Shown here piece by piece: positions 59,042 through 64,000 of a stretch of DNA of 64,000 nt. Where the stretch lies: positions 11,637-75,636 of the forward strand of contig JAEWGW010000026.1 in NCBI GenBank assembly GCA_023388055.1. Direction: 5' to 3'. Made by a program: the position numbers and the translations under genes. The DNA comes from Bacillota bacterium. GTDB lineage: Bacteria > Bacillota > Bacilli > Paenibacillales > NBRC-103111. The notes beneath the pieces are model-generated. The model saw nothing but the letters and a program-made list of their open reading frames with translations. It searched no databases and had not been told where the DNA came from. Each line of letters begins with the position of its first letter. Positions within the stretch are counted from its first letter, which is position 1.

Positions 59042-62000
59042 ATGAACAACAAGCAGCATAAGCAGCTCCAAAAACTATGGAGTCTGCTGTTGGCGGTAAC
59101 ACTGGTGGCAGCATATTTGCCATTTGGGCAGCAGAAGGCGGAGGCGGCGGACACTGTTCCTGCCGGCTCAGATAAGGTGGTGATTACCTCTGTCACCTCG
59201 GCTGGGGGATTTACCCATCCCGGTATCGGCCTGACCAAGGAGATTCTGGAGAATGCCAGGGCACAGGTGATCGCGAAGCAGGAGCCTTGGTATTCCTATT
59301 ACGTGACCATGAGCCAATCCGCCTATGCCTCCAGCGCCTTCTCCGCCAATATATTCGGCAGCGCCAATTTCGGCAGCGCCAATGCGGATGGCACGGATAA
59401 TCCGAAGAAGCGCAGTGTGAACAGCAAGGGCGAGTTTGTGGCCGACGGATTGAGAGCCTATACACAAGCGCTGATGTATGTGTTTACCGGAGAGGAAAGC
59501 TATCGGGCCAATGCCATGCGGATCATCCGTTTGTGGTCCCAGATGGACCCAACCCAATATTCTTATTTCACCGACTCCCATATCCACATGGGGGTGCCGC
59601 TGAACAGGATGGTAACCGCAGCCGAAATTCTTCGTTATTCCGGGGCCCCCGGGGAGGACCCGAAATGGGCATGGACGGTGGAGGACACCACTCATTTTAC
59701 AACCAATCTGATAACGCCCATGATCGAAACCTTCTGCCATTTTAACGATAAATTTATGAACCAGCATTTGTATCCGCTGCTTGGCGCAGTGGCGGGATAC
59801 ATCTTTAGTGACAATGCGGACAGGTATGCAGAGGGTGTGGAGTGGTTTACAGTCAATACTACGGCTCCCGACCAGGGGCAGAACGGTGCTATCAAACGGT
59901 TGTTCCGTCTGGTGACGCATAATGAAGCTACCGGAGAAGCGCTGGAGACGCCCCGAGTCCAGCATGTGGAGATGGGACGTGATCAGGCCCATGGTGCGGG
60001 GGATCTTACCAACGCGGAAATTTTGGCCCGGCTGCTGGAGGCCCAGGGGACGAAGGTGGATCCTGAATCGGGTACCATCTCCACTGCGGGAAATGCTGTA
60101 ACCGCTTACGCGTTTCTGGGCAACCGGATTCTCGCTGCATCGGATTATTTTGCCCGGTTTATGCTGGGGCATGATACCCCGTGGACCCCTGTTATCGCCC
60201 GTTATGACAATGGTGTTCCCATTGTTTATCAGATTCTGTCCGGCAACTATCGGGGGCGGATCGGCGGCAATGTGTATGGCCAGTATTATTACTACAAATA
60301 CAACCTGGGTTTGGATCTGGAAAAGGAAGCCCCGTATTATGCCGATATGTTCCGGAAACGCCATATGTTCTGGTGGGAATCTCCCGACGCGGGAGCGGAT
60401 TATTGGCTGTTTATTCCGCAGGAAGCGGCCGGAGAAGGCGCCTCTACATTGCCGGAGGTATCCTCTAACGGCTTGCAGGAAATGGAGTATCGGACGGCTA
60501 CGAATCTGAATGGCGGGGAGTATGCTGCGGTCGGAACTGATGAGGACGGGGTCTCTTATGTCCGGATTCAGGCAACGGAGGAAGGCAGCCAGGTTTCGTT
60601 AGTGGCATCTGGCACAGCCTTAAAGACGGTGGCATTGAAGTTCCGCACCAATGGCACGGCCCGGTTAGAGCTGAATGGCTGGAAAGACAGCGGGATAGTG
60701 CTGCCGGATACCAAAGGACAATGGCAATATGCTGTTTTCAACATGAATGAATTTCAAAGCCTGGGGGATCTGATTTATCTCAAAGCAGCCGGAAACGGCA
60801 CGTTTGTTGATATTGACCATATCCTTCTGGATGCGGCGGCGCAGCTGACATCTCCGGTATTTGCAGCCGGTAAGTCAGACTTGAATTTGTACGCTTATAA
60901 AGGCTCACAGGCAACCCTCACCTATGATTTCTCAGCTGTGGATGCGGGAGCGGGAGAGCGAGTAGGCTATCAGATGGACAACAAACCGGAGGGTGCCTTG
61001 TTCGATGAAACCACTGGAGCCTTCTCCTGGAAGCCTGTACAGCCGGGAAGCTATTCCCTGGTGGTCAGCGCAGGTGACGGGACCTCCGTCACGGCCAGAT
61101 CAGTGAGCATCACCGTGTCCAATGACCGCCAAGGAGCGGTAGCAGCGGCGATTGCTCCGTATAAACCGGAGACGCCATATATTTCTGCCACCTTGGAGCT
61201 TTTTCAAGCGCAATATGCGAAGTCCCTCCAAATGCTGCAAACAGCGGCGGATGAGGAATTTTATAGGCAGTTATTCCAATTGGACAGTGCGGTCCGGGGG
61301 CTGCGGCTGCTGACTCCGCTTATGGATGACGGCAGTATGGATTATGTCAATATGGGTGTCACCTCCACCTTCGGCACCCAAATTGCCAGCTTGGTAGACA
61401 ATGCTCCCGACAGCTTCGCAGGTTATTATCTGACCGGTGACCGCAGCTTTATTATCGATTTCGGAGCAGATTTCAAGGTTTCCGCCGATGCTGTTAAGCT
61501 TCAGGTGAGGGCCGGGTTCCCGGAACGGATCGGCGGGGCGGCCTTATACGGCTCCAATGACAGGGAAAGCTGGACCCGCTTGACGCCTGGGCGTACGGTT
61601 GCAGCGGATGATATGCAGGAGCTGCAGGTGAGTGTGGGGCTTCGCCAGAATCAGTACCGGTTTCTGCGGCTGCATATGAATGATGAGCCTACCAGCACCA
61701 TGTTTGAATTATCGGAGCTGCGGATTATAGGCACCCGCCATGAAACGCATAACAAGCTGGCGTCTGTATCTGTCAGTTCACCGCGAGCTGTTCAAGGACG
61801 AGTCAGCACCGGGGATACGGTTTCCGTTTCCTTCACCTCCAGTGAACCGATTACGGGGGTTCAGGTGTCCATCCAAGGACGGCAGGCGGCAGTTGTTTCA
61901 CCGGACCAGCGGACATGGACGGCATTTGCGACAATGGATAGCACAATGGCTATGGGCAAAATACGGTTTGCCATCGACTACAAAACGGCTGCGGGGATCA

Positions 62001-64000
62001 CAGCAGACACGGTAATGTTCACCACGGACAATACATCGCTGTATTACATCAACCGGTCGGGGTATCTGGATGTTTCCAAGCTGGCTTCAGTCACGGCCTC
62101 CAGCGCAGGCTATGGCAGCGGCGGTTTGCCGGCCGACAAGGTGGGTTCCCTGCTGTTTGACGGCAACCCGGCCACCTTCGGTGATCTTGCTTCTGGTACT
62201 GATGCCTTTTACACAGTGGACTTTGGCGAAGGGGCTGCCGTGCGGCTGAAAGCCGTGGTCCTGATGCCAAGAACTGGTTATGCCGCCCGGATGAACGGCG
62301 TTGTAGTAAAGGGCTCCAACGATAATGCGGTATGGACCGACCTGACTCCGGCTGTGTCCGGGGCGGCAGACAATGCCTGGACCTATATCAGCGGGGAACA
62401 GATCAAGGACGGGAGTGCTTACCGCTACATCCGGATTTCCAACAGCGGGGCATGGAGCGGCAATATTGCGGAGGCAGAGCTGTACGGCGAATATGACATT
62501 CCGGATATCAGCTCCAAGGTACTGGGGCCGGAGGGTTACACCAGGCTCAGCCACTATCTGTATAAACAGACGGCCGACCGGATTGTGGAGGCCTTCGGCC
62601 AGCCGGATGCCAACAAGCTGGAACTGCTGAATGAGCTGAAGGAGGGGGAGAAGCTGCTGGTATTAAGCACTACTCTGCCGACGGGATCGGAGAAGGTGGT
62701 GCTTGCTCCGGATATGGTAGCGGCTTCGCATAAATCATGGGGAAGCTCCACAGATAACCGCGCTGCCAACGGCTGGAGGGCCTTCGACGGCAGCACAACA
62801 ACCTATACGGATAATGAAAGTAATCCCGGCTGGATCGATGTGGATGTGGGAGCGGGCAATGAAAAGGCATTAACCAGCTTCAAGTTTTATCCCAGACCAG
62901 GCAGGGCAGGCAAACCGGCCAATGAATATGTCAGCCGGGTTAACGGGGCGATTTTACAGGGTTCCGCAGACGGAGCATCCTATGTCAATCTCCATACCAT
63001 CAGCGGCGCCAGTGTTTTGGACTGGTACACGGTTGCTTTAAGCGGCAGCAGCCCCTACCGCTATCTGCGCTACTATTCGCCGTCGGGAGGGGCCAATATT
63101 GCGGAGCTGGAATTCTATTATGGTGCTTCCCTCGACAAGACGCTGCTGACATATTTGATTGAGCAGTCGGCCGGATTAAACCTTGAGCTGTACACGGATT
63201 CCAGTCTGCTGTCCCTCCAAGCGGCCCTGGTGGCGGCGGATGAGGTGAACAGCGGCAGCAGCTACACCCAGGCAAAGGTGGATCAGACAGTTGCGGAGCT
63301 GCTGCTGGCACAGGGCAATCTTGCGTACAAAGAAGGAGTGCCCTTGATCGCCCCTATTCCGGATGTGACGGCAGATGCGGAAACCCGGATTAGCTTTACG
63401 GTCCGGACATTGAATAATATGGCGGGAACCCTGTATGCAGTGGCCCCTCTTCCTTCAGGCGCTTCCTTCGATCCCTCCACAGGCGTATTTCTGTGGACCC
63501 CCTCCAAGGAACAGGGAGGCGTATATAAGCTGGTTTTCACCGCCACGGCAGGAGCCTACTCCACCTCAGACACGGTCCATATTACCGTGAAGGGAGCGCC
63601 GCAGCTGGAGCAGACCGCCAGTGCGCAGCTGACAGCAAGACAACTGTTCACCTATCAGGTCACGGCATCTGATCCGTCCGGCCAAAACTTGGTCTATCAG
63701 GCTCTGCATGTGCCCCAGGGGGCAACGTTTAATCCCGCCAACGGTACGTTAACGTGGACCCCGCAGCAGTCGGATTACGGAAGCCATACGGTGACCTTTG
63801 TCGTCAGCAACACCACCTATTCCACCAACCAAACCTTGAGTCTGGAGGTTGGGCTTCATCTTTTCCCTGCCGGAGATTATACTCGGGGCAGCTATTATGG
63901 GTACCAAAAGGAAGCGGCGCGGATTATGGCGAAATTGCCCAAGCCGGGAGCAAACAAGCAGCTGCTGCTTGCAGAGCTGGCGAAGGCGGAGGAGTCGCTG
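59042..64000 (+). CDS. Large secreted multidomain lyase-like protein (3'-partial): alginate-lyase-type toroid, He_PIG, F5/8C (CBM32-like) and helical repeats
   Basis: RBS GGGAGG; MNNKQHK...KAEA-A signal peptide; FTHPG, HVEMGRDQAH; three PxGAxFx..TG..WxP Ig-like repeats; three D/FDG...GSxD discoidin-like repeats; same frame at every spot translated up to the window end. Confidence 0.88.
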   Translation, partial: MNNKQHKQLQKLWSLLLAVTLVAAYLPFGQQKAEAADTVPAGSDKVVITSVTSAGGFTHPGIGLTKEILENARAQVIAKQEPWYSYYVTMSQSAYASSAFSANIFGSANFGSANADGTDNPKKRSVNSKGEFVADGLRAYTQALMYVFTGEESYRANAMRIIRLWSQMDPTQYSYFTDSHIHMGVPLNRMVTAAEILRYSGAPGEDPKWAWTVEDTTHFTTNLITPMIETFCHFNDKFMNQHLYPLLGAVAGYIFSDNADRYAEGVEWFTVNTTAPDQGQNGAIKRLFRLVTHNEATGEALETPRVQHVEMGRDQAHGAGDLTNAEILARLLEAQGTKVDPESGTISTAGNAVTAYAFLGNRILAASDYFARFMLGHDTPWTPVIARYDNGVPIVYQILSGNYRGRIGGNVYGQYYYYKYNLGLDLEKEAPYYADMFRKRHMFWWESPDAGADYWLFIPQEAAGEGASTLPEVSSNGLQEMEYRTATNLNGGEYAAVGTDEDGVSYVRIQATEEGSQVSLVASGTALKTVALKFRTNGTARLELNGWKDSGIVLPDTKGQWQYAVFNMNEFQSLGDLIYLKAAGNGTFVDIDHILLDAAAQLTSPVFAAGKSDLNLYAYKGSQATLTYDFSAVDAGAGERVGYQMDNKPEGALFDETTGAFSWKPVQPGSYSLVVSAGDGTSVTARSVSITVSNDRQGAVAAAIAPYKPETPYISATLELFQAQYAKSLQMLQTAADEEFYRQLFQLDSAVRGLRLLTPLMDDGSMDYVNMGVTSTFGTQIASLVDNAPDSFAGYYLTGDRSFIIDFGADFKVSADAVKLQVRAGFPERIGGAALYGSNDRESWTRLTPGRTVAADDMQELQVSVGLRQNQYRFLRLHMNDEPTSTMFELSELRIIGTRHETHNKLASVSVSSPRAVQGRVSTGDTVSVSFTSSEPITGVQVSIQGRQAAVVSPDQRTWTAFATMDSTMAMGKIRFAIDYKTAAGITADTVMFTTDNTSLYYINRSGYLDVSKLASVTASSAGYGSGGLPADKVGSLLFDGNPATFGDLASGTDAFYTVDFGEGAAVRLKAVVLMPRTGYAARMNGVVVKGSNDNAVWTDLTPAVSGAADNAWTYISGEQIKDGSAYRYIRISNSGAWSGNIAEAELYGEYDIPDISSKVLGPEGYTRLSHYLYKQTADRIVEAFGQPDANKLELLNELKEGEKLLVLSTTLPTGSEKVVLAPDMVAASHKSWGSSTDNRAANGWRAFDGSTTTYTDNESNPGWIDVDVGAGNEKALTSFKFYPRPGRAGKPANEYVSRVNGAILQGSADGASYVNLHTISGASVLDWYTVALSGSSPYRYLRYYSPSGGANIAELEFYYGASLDKTLLTYLIEQSAGLNLELYTDSSLLSLQAALVAADEVNSGSSYTQAKVDQTVAELLLAQGNLAYKEGVPLIAPIPDVTADAETRISFTVRTLNNMAGTLYAVAPLPSGASFDPSTGVFLWTPSKEQGGVYKLVFTATAGAYSTSDTVHITVKGAPQLEQTASAQLTARQLFTYQVTASDPSGQNLVYQALHVPQGATFNPANGTLTWTPQQSDYGSHTVTFVVSNTTYSTNQTLSLEVGLHLFPAGDYTRGSYYGYQKEAARIMAKLPKPGANKQLLLAELAKAEESL

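Noticed and set aside
60150..63546. Small ORFs listed in the last 4 kb
   Set aside because: All overlap the large frame starting at 59042, which explains the region
1..64000. Prophage, IS element, integrase, defence system, rRNA or tRNA
   Set aside because: No such motifs or RNA gene structures recognised; composition looks uniform by eye

Overview
GC-rich, gene-dense bacterial chromosome segment, most likely Paenibacillaceae (sigma-A promoters, AGGAGG RBSs, lipoprotein substrate-binding proteins, YesS/YesMN-type regulators); about 44 CDSs, with no rRNA, tRNA, CRISPR or transposase seen. (1) 0.4-10.2 kb: a six-gene operon encoding a FecCD/BtuCDF-class ABC importer and a complete class I chelatase (ChlI, ChlD, ChlH/CobN), behind a promoter carrying two Zur-type boxes. 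The binding protein has IsdE-like His/Met residues, and there are no B12 or chlorophyll genes nearby. This is the best candidate for an undescribed system: zinc-starvation-induced metalloporphyrin uptake and (de)chelation. (2) 10.4-17.6 kb: GH3, an amino acid permease, a stand-alone condensation-domain acyltransferase with a TetR that appears to start at ATC, a CarD-like gene and adaA/ogt. (3) 17.7-35 kb and 43-64 kb: a large split polysaccharide-utilisation region (GH88, two heparinase II/III-type lyases each with an apparently circularly permuted CBM-like insert, an esterase, GH43, two paralogous GH28-like beta-helix enzymes, three oligosaccharide ABC systems, two YesS-like AraC regulators, a YesMN-like two-component system, and a secreted lyase-like protein of at least 1653 aa that runs off the window and is missing from the ORF track). 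Five of its promoters share a 21-bp-pitch direct repeat. (4) 35-43 kb: GNATs, a TIM-barrel epimerase, an internally shortened DinB, a mannan catabolism trio (GH130, cellobiose 2-epimerase, LacI) and a GT2 gene. Intergenic nested inverted repeats with about 50-bp pitch occur at 12-341 and 38680-38864. All calls come from reading motifs by eye; no database search was run.
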